Made by a program: the position numbers and the translations under genes
In this document: positions 48,335-58,663 of the stretch, one piece after another
Layout of the letters: every line of letters begins with the position of its first letter
Position numbering within the stretch: the stretch's first letter is position 1
Assembly: GCA_034520945.1 (NCBI GenBank)
Contig: JAXHNB010000002.1
Coordinates: forward strand, 256,001 to 320,000
Reading direction: 5' to 3'
Length of the DNA: 64,000 nt
From: Trueperaceae bacterium
Lineage (GTDB): Bacteria; Deinococcota; Deinococci; Deinococcales; Trueperaceae
The notes under the pieces: generated by a model
What the model was told of the DNA's origin: nothing
Database searches by the model: none
Seen by the model: the letters and a program-made list of their open reading frames with translations, nothing else

Positions 48335-49096
48335 GTGGTCGCCGCGCAGCTGTTCGCCCCCAGCGCCGAGGAGCTCGTCGCGTTCCTTCGCGCGCACCTG
48401 GGCGTGGCGGGCCGGCTGCTTCAGGTGGGCGGCGAGATGGAGGTCCTCTATCACGGCCGCGCCGCCAGCAGTGCCGACGCCGGCGACTACCTGCTGCTGT
48501 TGAAGCCCGACGGCAGCCTTCAGGTGCATGCGGCGCGCGGCATCAAGCCGCTCAACTGGCAGCCGCGCACCGACGAGACGACGATCGAGATCGACGACGG
48601 CCGCGCCGTGCTGGTCGCGCAACGCACCAGCCCCCGTGAGATCGTTCGGGTGACGTTCACGGAGACGGCGTTCGCCCTCGCCCTGGCGCCGCGGGACGAA
48701 GGGGGTCTCACCCTCCGGGGCAGCGAAGCGCAGATGCGCAGGGCGCTCGCCCGCGCGCCCGACCTGATCGAGTTGGGCCTCGAAGTGCTGGACGAGGAGC
48801 TTCCCGTCGGGGTCGGCGGCATCGATCTGTACGGCCGGGACGTGCACGGACGGCTGGTGGTGGTGGAGCTCAAGCGCGGCAAGGCGACGCACGAAGCGGT
48901 TCACCAGCTCGAACGCTACGTGCTGCGCATCCGGGAGGAGACCGGCGCGGAGGTGCGCGGCATCCTCGCCGCACCCGAGATCACCGTCCCCGCGCGGTCG
49001 CGACTTGCGGAGCGCGCCCTGGAGTACCGCGAGGTCACCGCGTTGCCGGACGACGACGACGACGACGTGGTTCAGCCGTCGCTGTTCGACCCCTGA
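48335..49096 (+). CDS. nucS: Mismatch endonuclease NucS (EndoMS)
   Basis: YHGRA.S, KPDGSLQVH, KPLNWQP, GSEAQM, IDLYGRD..VVVELKR, QLERY, RGILAAP. Confidence 0.9.
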   Translation: MVAAQLFAPSAEELVAFLRAHLGVAGRLLQVGGEMEVLYHGRAASSADAGDYLLLLKPDGSLQVHAARGIKPLNWQPRTDETTIEIDDGRAVLVAQRTSPREIVRVTFTETAFALALAPRDEGGLTLRGSEAQMRRALARAPDLIELGLEVLDEELPVGVGGIDLYGRDVHGRLVVVELKRGKATHEAVHQLERYVLRIREETGAEVRGILAAPEITVPARSRLAERALEYREVTALPDDDDDDVVQPSLFDP

Positions 49097-50211
49097 CCGC
49101 CGGTGCCGGCACCGGGGTCGAGCGAGGGGGCGGGGGCGCCGTCGGCCGCCTCGCGATCGAGGCGTGCCAGCAGGTCGGGATCGTCGCGCAACACCTGAAT
49201 GAACGCGTCGACCACGCGAGGTGCGAACCAACGTCCCCGCTGCTGGCGGATCTCGGCCACGGCCGTGTCGACCGGCCAGGCCGGCTTGTACGGGCGTTCG
49301 TTGACGAGGGTGTCGAACACGTCCGCCAGCGCGACCAGCTGCCCCTCCAGCGGAATCTCGTCCCCGGAGAGCCCGCGCGGGTAGCCGCTGCCGTCCCACC
49401 GCTCGTGGTGCGTCAGCGCGACCGTCCGCGCGAGCGCCATCAGCTCGCTGTGGCCCTCGGCCAACAACTGGGCGCCGACGTCGACGTGTTCCTGCATCGC
49501 TTCGAACTCGGGCGTGGACAGGCGCCCGGGCTTCAGCAAAATGGCGTCGGGGATGCCGATCTTTCCGACGTCGTGCAGCGGGGCGGCCCGCTCCAGCAGC
49601 TCGACGCGGGACGCTTCCATGCCCAACCGGCCGGCCAGCAAGGCCGCCAGCCGCCCGACGCGCTGCGTGTGCCTCCCCGTGACGTAGTCGCGAAACTCGG
49701 CCGCCAGCGCCAATCGTTCGAGAAGGTCCAGGCGCGCCATTTCGAGCTCGGTGGTGCGCGCTCGCACTTGGGTCTCCAGGTGCGCGGCGTGCTGCACGAG
49801 CGCTTGGTGGTAGAAGCGCGTCCGCAGTAGGTTCTGCACCCGGAGGTGGATCTGCGCGGCGCGGAACGGTTTGGTGATCACGTCCTTGGCGCCACGCTCG
49901 AGCGCCTCCTGTTCGGCGTCGGGCGAGGTGTCGGCGGTGATGACGGCGACGGGGAACCAGTCGTCCGGCGGCCGGCCGGCCATGACCTGCGAGATCAGCT
50001 CGAGCCCGTTCAAGGTCGGCATGCGCAGGTCGGTGATCAGCAGGTCGACGTCGTGCTCGGTGATCAGGCCCTGCGCACGGTGCGGGTCGTCGCAGGTGAG
50101 GACCGCGCGGTACCCCTGACGTTCCATGATTCTGCGGAGCAGCACCAGGTTGACCTCTTCGTCGTCGACGAAGAGGATGCGGGCATCCTTGGGATCGCGC
50201 AACAGGTCCAT
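49072..50211 (-). CDS. Response regulator with HD-GYP phosphodiesterase domain
   Basis: Receiver domain (FVDDE, TDLRMP, KPF) plus LHDVGKIG, HHERWDGSGYP, ADVFD. Confidence 0.92.
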   Translation of the reverse strand: MDLLRDPKDARILFVDDEEVNLVLLRRIMERQGYRAVLTCDDPHRAQGLITEHDVDLLITDLRMPTLNGLELISQVMAGRPPDDWFPVAVITADTSPDAEQEALERGAKDVITKPFRAAQIHLRVQNLLRTRFYHQALVQHAAHLETQVRARTTELEMARLDLLERLALAAEFRDYVTGRHTQRVGRLAALLAGRLGMEASRVELLERAAPLHDVGKIGIPDAILLKPGRLSTPEFEAMQEHVDVGAQLLAEGHSELMALARTVALTHHERWDGSGYPRGLSGDEIPLEGQLVALADVFDTLVNERPYKPAWPVDTAVAEIRQQRGRWFAPRVVDAFIQVLRDDPDLLARLDREAADGAPAPSLDPGAGTGGQGSNSDG

Positions 50212-50336
50212 GCGAACCTCTCCGTGCCGGCGGCCTCGAACAGGGCTAGCATACAAGGCGCGATGCCGGCCTGCAGCGGAGGGGCGAATGGGGAACGCCA
50301 CGTCGCGCCGTGAACGTCGCTTGCTAGACTCGCCTC

Positions 50337-51332
50337 GTGTCGGTGTTCCGCAAGGATCCATTCGGCGCCGCCTGGGTGCTGATTTCGCCCGAGCGTGGTC
50401 TCGAAGCGTCGGACTTCGGGAACACGACAAGACGGGCGTCGCGGTCGCCGCTGTCGCCCGGCGGCGACGGCGACCTCGAGGAGATCGATGCGCGCAGGCC
50501 GTCGGGTTCGCGGACGGGGGACCCCGATTGGCGGATGCGCGTCGTGCGGCAGCCCGCCGCCCTGCTTACGCCACGTCGCTTCGCGCGGGAGGACGACGGC
50601 CTGTTCCGGCAGGCGCCGGCCCACGGCCGCCAGGAGATCGTGGTCGAGCACCCCGACGCCGCCGCCCGCATCGAGTCGTTCCCTGAGGGGCACCTGGTCG
50701 AGGTGTTGCGGCTGTGGCGCGAGCGGCTGGCGGGCTTCGCCGCCGATCCGCACATCCGCCACGTTCAGGTGACCCGCAACGTGGGCGAGGTGGCCGGCGC
50801 CGCGTACGCGCACCCCCACTCGCTGTTGCTCGCCTCGCCCGTTCCCAGCCGGTGGGTCGAGGACGAGGTCGCCGCCGCCAGCGCCCATCATGCCGCGAGC
50901 GGCCGCTGCCTGTTCTGCGACGTGGCGGACGCCGAGCGCCGCGCCCGCGAACGCGTGGTCGCGACCAACGACGCCTACCTGGCCATCGCGCCGTACGCCA
51001 GCAAAACGCCGTTCGAGACGTGGATCCTGCCGCGGCGGCACGGAAGCGCCTTCGCGGAGGAGCCCGTGAACGACCTATCCGAGCTGGCGTCGATGCTGCG
51101 GGTGGTGATTCGCGCGACGGCGACCGCGTTGAGCGATCCACCCTACAACCTGGTCCTGCACACGCTGCCCCATGCCGGAAACGACGCCTACCACTGGCAC
51201 GTGGAGGTATTGCCGCGTCTGACGCGCCAGTCGGGGTTCGACTGGGGGAACGGCTTCTACGTGAATCCCACCCCGCCCGAGTACGCCGCCACCTTCCTGC
51301 GCGAGGCGATGGCGATGTCGGCGTCGACGTGA
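50337..51332 (+). CDS. GalT-like nucleotidyltransferase (HIT superfamily)
   Basis: HPHS, CLFCD, PYASKTPFETWILP, PPYNL, YHWHVEVLPR, NPTPPE. Confidence 0.85.
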   Translation: MSVFRKDPFGAAWVLISPERGLEASDFGNTTRRASRSPLSPGGDGDLEEIDARRPSGSRTGDPDWRMRVVRQPAALLTPRRFAREDDGLFRQAPAHGRQEIVVEHPDAAARIESFPEGHLVEVLRLWRERLAGFAADPHIRHVQVTRNVGEVAGAAYAHPHSLLLASPVPSRWVEDEVAAASAHHAASGRCLFCDVADAERRARERVVATNDAYLAIAPYASKTPFETWILPRRHGSAFAEEPVNDLSELASMLRVVIRATATALSDPPYNLVLHTLPHAGNDAYHWHVEVLPRLTRQSGFDWGNGFYVNPTPPEYAATFLREAMAMSAST

Positions 51333-51685
51333 GCGGGCCCGTCCGAAGCGCGGGGGAGCCCGTACCCGCGGAGCAGGCGCGAGGTGGCGCGCACGATCGC
51401 GCCACCTCGCGCGGCTTGCGCGTCCTCGGCGTGTTCGCGGCGCTGGGCGCGCTGCAGCTGCTGTTCCTGATCGGGGTCGAGCTCGACCGGACGGTGCGCC
51501 ATCGCGCGGCCATCGACGAGCTGCGCCAGCAGGTCGAATCGTTGCGCGCGGAGGCCGACGCGCTCCACGCCGTGGCGGAGCACGCCGACGACGATGCCTA
51601 CCGCGAACAACTCGCGCGGTTGCAGGGCTTCATGTATCCCGACGAGACGCGTGTGGTGGTGCTGCGCGATTCGTCGGGGCCGTAG
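51329..51685 (+). CDS. FtsB/DivIC-like septum formation initiator
   Basis: One TM helix, a coiled coil, YREQLARLQGFMYPDE. Confidence 0.7.
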   Translation: MSGPVRSAGEPVPAEQARGGAHDRATSRGLRVLGVFAALGALQLLFLIGVELDRTVRHRAAIDELRQQVESLRAEADALHAVAEHADDDAYREQLARLQGFMYPDETRVVVLRDSSGP

Positions 51686-51714
51686 CGTCCGGGACGGGGC
51701 GGTATTCTCCGCGC

Positions 51715-53277
51715 ATGGACGAAGGTGGCGAGGCGCGCATTCAGGAGTTGACGGCCGAGATGGAGGAGCGCCGCAAGCGCATCTCGCGCGGCGGCGGCGA
51801 GGACCGCATAGGACGGCAACACGAGGCCGGCAAGGCCACCGCGCGGGAGCGCATCGCCATGCTGCTGGACGAGGGGAGCTTCTGCGAGCTCGGCGTCTTC
51901 GTCGAGCCGATCGGCGGCAACGGCGCTCCGCTGGACGCGCCCGGCGAGGGGGTGGTGACGGGGCACGGCACCATCGACGGCCGGACCGTGTACGTGTTCA
52001 GTCAGGACTTCACCGTCATGGGCGGCAGTCTCGGCAAGATGCACGCCAGGAAGATCACCAAAGTGATGGATTTGGCCGCGCGGGCGGGCGCGCCCATCGT
52101 GGGCCTGAACGATTCGGCCGGCGCCCGCATCCAGGAGGGCGTCGACGCCCTCTCGGGCTACGGCGAGGTGTTCTACCGCAATGCCGTCTACTCCGGTGTG
52201 GTGCCCCAGATCAGCGCGGTGCTGGGCCCGTGCGCGGGCGGGGCGGTGTACAGCCCGGCGCTGACCGACTTCGTGCTGATGGCCAAGCACACGTCGTACA
52301 TGTTCATCACCGGTCCCGACGTGATCCGCTCGGTCACCAAGGAGGAGGTCGGGTTCGGTGACCTCGGGGGGGCCGAGGTGCACACGCGCCGATCCGGCGT
52401 GGCCCACCTGGCGTGCGAGGACGACCAGGAGGTCATGCAGCGCATCCGCGACCTTCTTGGCTTCCTGCCGTCCAGCGCGCGTGAGATGCCGCCCGAACGT
52501 CCCACCCGCGACCCGCTCGACCGCGAGACGCCGGAGCTGGCCCGCATGGTGCATCCCGATCCCAAGCGGCCGTACCCCATGCGGAAGGTGATCCGGACGC
52601 TGGTGGACGAGGGCAGGATGTTGGAGATCCAGCCGGACTGGGCGCGGAACATCGTGATCGGGTTCGCGCACCTGGGCGGTCGGTCGATCGGCGTCGTCGC
52701 CAACGACCCCAAGCACCTCGCGGGCACGCTGGACATCGATGCCAGCGACAAGGCGGCGCGGTTCATCCGCACCTGCGACGCGTTCAACGTTCCGGTGCTG
52801 ACGCTGGTGGACGTGAGCGGGTTCCTTCCCGGGGTGGGCCAGGAGCACGCCGGCATCATTCGTCACGGCGCAAAGATGTTGTACGCCTACGCCGAAGCCA
52901 CGGTGCCGAAGATCACCCTGATCACCCGCAAGAGCTACGGCGGTGCCTACTTGGCGATGAACTCGCGCGACATGGGCGCCGACGTGGTGCTGGCCTGGCC
53001 GACGGCGTCCGTGGCGGTGATGGGGGCGGAGGGGGCCGCCAACGTCATCCACCGCCGCGAGATCCAGGCCGCGGCCGACCCCGAGGCGCTCCGGGCCGAG
53101 AAGGTCGCGGCGTATCGCGCCGCTTATGACAACCCCTGGCGGGCGGCCGCCCGTGGCTACATCGACGACGTGATCGACCCCATCCGTACGCGCGGCGTGC
53201 TGGCGCGCCACCTGCGCGCGTTGGACGGCAAGGAGCTGGAACGTCCCTACCGCAAGCACGGCAACCTTCCGCTCTGA
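51715..53277 (+). CDS. pccB: Acyl-CoA carboxylase beta subunit (PccB-like)
   Basis: QDFTVMGGSLG, GARIQEG, GPCAGGAVYSPA, GFLPGVGQEH, KHGNLPL. Confidence 0.92.
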   Translation: MDEGGEARIQELTAEMEERRKRISRGGGEDRIGRQHEAGKATARERIAMLLDEGSFCELGVFVEPIGGNGAPLDAPGEGVVTGHGTIDGRTVYVFSQDFTVMGGSLGKMHARKITKVMDLAARAGAPIVGLNDSAGARIQEGVDALSGYGEVFYRNAVYSGVVPQISAVLGPCAGGAVYSPALTDFVLMAKHTSYMFITGPDVIRSVTKEEVGFGDLGGAEVHTRRSGVAHLACEDDQEVMQRIRDLLGFLPSSAREMPPERPTRDPLDRETPELARMVHPDPKRPYPMRKVIRTLVDEGRMLEIQPDWARNIVIGFAHLGGRSIGVVANDPKHLAGTLDIDASDKAARFIRTCDAFNVPVLTLVDVSGFLPGVGQEHAGIIRHGAKMLYAYAEATVPKITLITRKSYGGAYLAMNSRDMGADVVLAWPTASVAVMGAEGAANVIHRREIQAAADPEALRAEKVAAYRAAYDNPWRAAARGYIDDVIDPIRTRGVLARHLRALDGKELERPYRKHGNLPL

Positions 53278-53377
53278 GCGGGGCTTCGCACGGGTAGCAT
53301 GCCCAGCGTAGGCGGCGCAGCGCCCGCGAACGCCGTGGGCCGGTCGTACTCGCCCCAAGCCGACGAGGAGGACGAAC

Positions 53378-54208
53378 ATGGACGTCGAGGTACTGGGACG
53401 TGCCGCATTGGGCATGGCCGTGGACGTGGTCGCGGCCGGCGCCATACTGGTGGTCGGTTGGACGGTGGCCGGCTGGGCTTCGCGCCTGGTCGGCCGCTCA
53501 GCGGAGAAGAACGCGCATTTGGACCGGACGATCGCGAGCGTGCTGATCCGGCTGGTGCGGTGGGGCATCATCGCGTTCACCGTCATCGCCGTGCTGGGGC
53601 GGTTCGGGATTCAGACCACCAGCCTGGTGGCGCTGTTGGGGGCGGCCGGCCTGGCCGTCGGTCTGGCGCTGCAGGGCGCCCTCTCGAACGTGGCGGCGGG
53701 TGTGATGATCCTGGGCCTGCGCCCGTTCCGGCTCGGCGACGTCGTGGACATCGGTGGCACGTTCGGGACGGTCGACGAGATCGGCCTGTTCAGCACGCGC
53801 CTCGAGATGTTCGACGGGGTGGTGGTTCACCAGCCCAACACCAACATCTGGGGCACCGAGATCAAGAACTACTCGCAGGCCAAGCTTCGGCGTGTCGACG
53901 TGGCCGTGGGCGTCGGGTACGGCGTCGACCTCGGCAGGGCGATGGAGGTCGCGCGCGGGATGTTGGACGAGGAGACACGCATCCTCGGGGACCCCGAGCC
54001 CTTCGTCGCCGTGGAATCGCTGGGGGACGACGCCGTCGGTCTGATGGTGCGTGGATGGACCGCGCCGGCGGACTACTTCGTCACCAAGCTCGACCTGACC
54101 CGGCGCATCAAGGAACGCTTCGACCAGGAGAAGATCGGCATTCCCTACCCTCAACGCGATCTTCACCTGATCCAGGACGGCCCCATCGACGTTCGCAACG
54201 TGTCCTGA
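53378..54208 (+). CDS. mscS: Small-conductance mechanosensitive channel
   Basis: GAAGLAVGLALQGALSNVAAG, PFRLGD, IGIPYPQ. Confidence 0.92.
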   Translation: MDVEVLGRAALGMAVDVVAAGAILVVGWTVAGWASRLVGRSAEKNAHLDRTIASVLIRLVRWGIIAFTVIAVLGRFGIQTTSLVALLGAAGLAVGLALQGALSNVAAGVMILGLRPFRLGDVVDIGGTFGTVDEIGLFSTRLEMFDGVVVHQPNTNIWGTEIKNYSQAKLRRVDVAVGVGYGVDLGRAMEVARGMLDEETRILGDPEPFVAVESLGDDAVGLMVRGWTAPADYFVTKLDLTRRIKERFDQEKIGIPYPQRDLHLIQDGPIDVRNVS

Positions 54209-54229
54209 GCCCGGCCCGCGCCGCGGAGC

Positions 54230-55411
54230 TCAGCGCGAGGGGCGCACGCGCCCCGTCCGGAGCTCGGGCAGGAAGACCACCAAGGCGGCCGCCCCCAACG
54301 CCGCGCTGAGCGCGAACAGCGAGCCGTACCCGCCGAGCCCTGCCTCCAGCCAGGCGCCGAGGCCCCACTGAAGCGCGAAGCCGCCTGCGAACATGAACAG
54401 GTTCACGGCGGTCACGGCCCGCCCGGTCAGGGACAGGGGGAACGAGGCGCGGGCCAGCGTGAACAGCAACGCCGAGGTGGCGCCGCTGACGCCCAATGCG
54501 GCGAACGCCACGCTCAGCACGCCGCCCCCCGGCTCCGGCAACCACGCCAGCACCACCTGCACGGCGATGAACGCCCCCGTCGCGATCGCCAAAGCGCGCG
54601 CCGCGCCGACGCGTGCGCCCAGGGCGCCGAGCACCAGGTAGCCGGCCGAGACGCCCACGCCGAACGCCAGCAACACGTTGCCCGTCGATAGGCGCGTCAG
54701 GCCGAGACCCTCTTCGAGGTACGGCCCGGCCCACAGGCTCTGAAAGGCGAAGATCACGCTGGTGGTCGCCACGGCCAGGGCGGCCGCCCGCCAGAACGGC
54801 GGCCGCCGGAACACGTCCGCCAGGCTTCCCTCGGCGGCCGAGCGGCCGGCCTCGTGTCCCGGTGCGGCCCGGCCGAACGCCAGGATCAGCGCCGCGGAGG
54901 CGGCCAGGGCCACGGCGCCGAACACGAACACGGCCCGCCACCCGAACGCGTCCGCCGCCCAGGCCAACGGCGTGGAGGCGAGCAGCGCGCCGCTGGTTCC
55001 GATGGCCACCATCGCCCCCGACGCGGCCGCGAAGTGGCCGACGTCGAACCAGCCGGCCAGGGCCTTGAGGCCCCCCATCAGGATGCCGGCCGTTCCCAGC
55101 CCCATCAGCGCCCGCCCCGCTGCCAAGGTCCAGAAGTCGGGTCCGACCGCGAACACCAGACTGCCGACCACCGCGGCCAGCATCAGCGCGGGCGTGGTGA
55201 CGCGGGCGCCCCACCGGTCGAGGGCGCTGCCCAGGGGGAGCTGCGCCGCTGCGAACGCGAGGAAGTAGGTGCTGGTCATGAACCCCAGGTCGCCGGCGTC
55301 CAGCCCGACGTCGGCCTTCAGGTCGCCTGCGATGACCGCGTTGGCGCTGCGGACGAAGTTGGAGAGAAAGTGCGCCAGGGCGAACACGAGGAACACGGCC
55401 GCGCGGTGCAT
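54230..55411 (-). CDS. MFS transporter
   Basis: QLPLGSALDRWGAR; about 12 TM segments. Confidence 0.88.
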   Translation of the reverse strand: MHRAAVFLVFALAHFLSNFVRSANAVIAGDLKADVGLDAGDLGFMTSTYFLAFAAAQLPLGSALDRWGARVTTPALMLAAVVGSLVFAVGPDFWTLAAGRALMGLGTAGILMGGLKALAGWFDVGHFAAASGAMVAIGTSGALLASTPLAWAADAFGWRAVFVFGAVALAASAALILAFGRAAPGHEAGRSAAEGSLADVFRRPPFWRAAALAVATTSVIFAFQSLWAGPYLEEGLGLTRLSTGNVLLAFGVGVSAGYLVLGALGARVGAARALAIATGAFIAVQVVLAWLPEPGGGVLSVAFAALGVSGATSALLFTLARASFPLSLTGRAVTAVNLFMFAGGFALQWGLGAWLEAGLGGYGSLFALSAALGAAALVVFLPELRTGRVRPSR

Positions 55412-55611
55412 GGCGGCCAGCCTAGCAGCCCGGGGGGCCCGTCCCGTTTCCTGCCGGCGCGCATCCCACGGGGCGCAGCGGCGGGCCGTGGCGCCGGCCT
55501 AGGCTCGTTTCACGCCGCCTCGACGCCCGGAGATCCGGGTCGGCGCGTCCGGTCTTCCCGCGACCGGCGGGTCGGGGGTGCCGGCGCCGTCGCGGGCCCG
55601 AGGAGGACGAC

Positions 55612-56394
55612 ATGGCACTCGGACTGAATCACGCCCTGCTGGTCGGCACGTTGGTGCGCGATCCCGATCTTCGCTACACCCCCGCCGGGCTGGCCGTGCT
55701 GCGGTTGGACCTGGCGGGCGACGACCACCTTCACGACGAGGACGGCACGCTCCGGGCCCGGCCCTGGTATCAGCGGGCCACGGTGTTCGGCGCGCAGGCG
55801 GAGCGGGTCGTCGACCACCTGCGGACGGGCACGCCGGCGATGGTGGACGGTCACCTCGAGCAGCGCACCTTCGAGGGGGAGGACGGCGAGACCCGGCGCT
55901 CGCTGGACGTGGTCGGGCGTCGCGTCGAGATCCTCGGCCTCGGCGCACGGGACGGTGAGGACGCCTTCGCGGTGGATGCGCGCGACCAACCCCGGCTTCG
56001 CGACGCCGTGAACGCCATGCGGCTGGTCGGGAATCTGACCCGCGACGTCGACATGCGTCGCACCGAAGGCGGGCACGCGCTGGCCCGGTTCTCGGTGGCC
56101 GTCAACGAGCGCTCGGGCGGCGAGTCGTCGACCCACTTCGTGGACGTGCAGGCCTGGCGGGAGGTGGCGCTGGGCTGCGAGGGCCTGGACAAGGGCGCGC
56201 CCGTCTACGTGGAGGGGAGGCTGGTGACCGACGCGTGGACGGACGCCGAGGGCCGACGCCGGTGGAGCAGCAAGCTCGAAGCGCGCCGCGTCGAGGTGAT
56301 CGTTCGGCTTCCCAGGCCCGCCGATCCCGCGCCGCCGCCCGAAACGGGGGCGGCGCGCCCCGGGGAGGAGGCGGAGGCCGAGCTCTCGGCCTGA
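55612..56394 (+). CDS. ssb: Single-stranded DNA-binding protein with tandem double OB-fold (Deinococcus-Thermus type)
   Basis: OB1 GLNHALLVGTLVRDPDLRYTPAG; linker DARDQPRLRDAVN; OB2 LVGNLTRDVDMRRT...VEGRL. Confidence 0.88.
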   Translation: MALGLNHALLVGTLVRDPDLRYTPAGLAVLRLDLAGDDHLHDEDGTLRARPWYQRATVFGAQAERVVDHLRTGTPAMVDGHLEQRTFEGEDGETRRSLDVVGRRVEILGLGARDGEDAFAVDARDQPRLRDAVNAMRLVGNLTRDVDMRRTEGGHALARFSVAVNERSGGESSTHFVDVQAWREVALGCEGLDKGAPVYVEGRLVTDAWTDAEGRRRWSSKLEARRVEVIVRLPRPADPAPPPETGAARPGEEAEAELSA

Positions 56395-56498
56395 TTCGGG
56401 CCGGCGCCCGGCGTTCGTTCCATGACGGTGGGCTGCGCCCGCTCGCTCTCCGGAGGGCGTCGCGGCCGTGATGACGAGACGGTCGCATGGCCGTCTCG

Positions 56499-58107
56499 TC
56501 ATCCTGGTAGCGACGCGGAGGCGCCCGCCTCCACGGCGGTCGACGGCTCGGTGGGGGCTGCCAGCCAGGTGCTCAGGTCCTCCCGAAGCCGGGCGAGGTC
56601 CAAGGTGCGGCGCGCACGGGTCACACCGACGTACAGGAGATTCAGCTCGCTCCGGGCGGCTTCGCGGTCGGGGGCGGCGCGAAGGGCCCCCGCATCCGTC
56701 GGCACGCGCGGGAAGTCGTGCCACAGCGTGACGTGATCCCACTCTCGCCCCTTCGCCTTGTGGGCCGTGGACAGCACCACCGGCGCGTCGGCTTCGCGGG
56801 GCAGGTGTGCCCGCTCCAGCGCCCGGCACAGGGCGGGCGTGTCGTGGCCGTACGCCTCGACCCGCGTACGCAACATGCTCAGCGCCCCGCGGCGCCGCTC
56901 GGCCGCCTCCACCAGCGCGTCCCACGTGTTCAGGCCGGCCAGCTCGGGATGGGCGGGCCCGTCCGTGCCGCAGGGAACCTGGGCACGCCCCCGCCCGTTC
57001 CGCCTCCCGGCTGGCGGCCTGCTGCGGCCTCGGTCGGCCCACAGGGCGTACGCCGCCCGCAACAGCCGTACGGTCTCCGCCACGCCGCCGACGACGTGCA
57101 CGCCCCCCTCGCCGAAGGCGAGGGCGGCCTCCAGCACGCCGGCGTTGGTCCGGCACAGGACGGTACAGGGCGGCTGCGCCGCTTCGGGCACGGTGCGGAC
57201 GCTGCCTGCCGCCCCCGAACCACTCAGGCGGGGTCTGCGGTCGATCACGGTCAAGATGCGCCGCGCCACGGCGGCGATCTCGGGCCCGAACCGGAACGAG
57301 CGCGTCAGGCGCGTCTCGGGCAGTCCGGAGGCGGCCATGGCGTCGACGGCGCCCCGCCAGGCGTAGATTCGCTGGGCGGGATCCCCGACCAGGAGTCGTC
57401 GTGGTGCGGCGTCGTCCAGAAGCGTGAGCATGACCGGCGCCAGGTCCTGGGCCTCGTCGACGAGCAGCAGCTCGGCCGGCAGCGTGGGCCGTGCCAGCGC
57501 GAACAACTTCAGGTAGGCGTCGTGGTTCAGGGGCGCGTCGTCGTCGGGATCCGCGATGCGGCGCCACGCCCGCGCGGCCCGCCGGCTCAGCCACCGGATC
57601 CGTTCCGCGGCCCGGTCGCGGCCCAAGGTGGCGATCAGATCCGCCCGCACGGCTTCCGGGCACGTGCGACGCGTCCGGGCCTTCCGTTCCGTCCGCCGCG
57701 AAGGTCGCGAACACCGACCGCAGGTGCTGAACGTGGGTCCAACGGCCGGGATCGTTCCGCGACAGGTCGGCGAGGTCGGCGAGCGTGGCCAGCGGCAGCG
57801 TCCCGTCGGCGGACCGGAACTTGCGCTCGTAGCGGGCGTGCCCGGCCACGACGTGCTTGAAGGCGAGCGCGTGCAGGGTGGTGGCGCGCACGTGCGCCGG
57901 GACGCGGGCGGCGGCCTCACGGGCGATGGCCCGATTGAATGCGAGGAACAGCGTCGGTGTCGGCGCCGTCCGGGAGGTCACGGCCAGAAGGGTGTGCGTC
58001 TTGCCGCTCCCGGCGCGTGCCGTGACGGCCAGCGCGTCCCCTGACGCCGCGCGATCGACCACGCGGCGTTGTTCGTCGCTGAGCGGAGGGGCCGCGGACG
58101 AGCTCAC
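56499..58107 (-). CDS. UvrD/SF1-like DNA helicase; frameshift near 57658-57660, probably a sequencing error
   Basis: ARAGSGKT, AFNRAIA, VDEAQD, VGDPAQRIYAWRGA, SFRFG, STAHKAKGREWD, LYVGVTRA, across two frames. Confidence 0.85.
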
Positions 58108-58294
58108 GATGTCGCAGGCTACGACCGGCGGGCGGTGCGCGCAGCGCCCAGCGGGCGCGCTGCCCGCCGACGACCGGCCCGGCGCCGCGCGTGGCACGGG
58201 AGGACGGGCGCCGCGATCGGCGTTGGCCGAGTGGGACCCGTGCACGCCCGAGAGGCACGGGCGACGTGCCGAGCGTCAGGGTCGTTCGACGCCG

Positions 58295-58663
58295 TCACGC
58301 GATGGGGCGGAGGTCCTCCATCACCTGCCATCCCACGCCCGGCGGCGTGGTCTCGAGGGCGGCCTGAAGGGTTTCGGCCAGCCAGGGCACCAACCGGCCC
58401 GCGGTCTCCTCGTCCTCGTCGAAGGTGAGCACGGTGAACTGGTACACCCGTTGCGTCTCCGCGGGCGTGCCGTCGTCGAAGAACGTGAACGGCGGGCGCG
58501 GCATCTCGTCCCACAACACGTGCACGTCGGGCTCGAGCCGCCGCGGAAGGTAGTCGGCGAAGTCGATGTCCAGGCTCCTGGGGTGCCACACGTAGCCCTG
58601 CAGCAGTTTGATGGGTCGGGTGTCGCTTTGGCCGACGTCGGGTCCGCCCGGCCCGTTCGTCAC
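58295..58663 (-). CDS. DUF3208-like protein
   Basis: IKLLQGYVWHP..LWDE..FFDDGTP..TQRVYQFT..TPPGVGW; GTGA overlap with the HAD stop. Confidence 0.7.
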   Translation of the reverse strand: MTNGPGGPDVGQSDTRPIKLLQGYVWHPRSLDIDFADYLPRRLEPDVHVLWDEMPRPPFTFFDDGTPAETQRVYQFTVLTFDEDEETAGRLVPWLAETLQAALETTPPGVGWQVMEDLRPIA

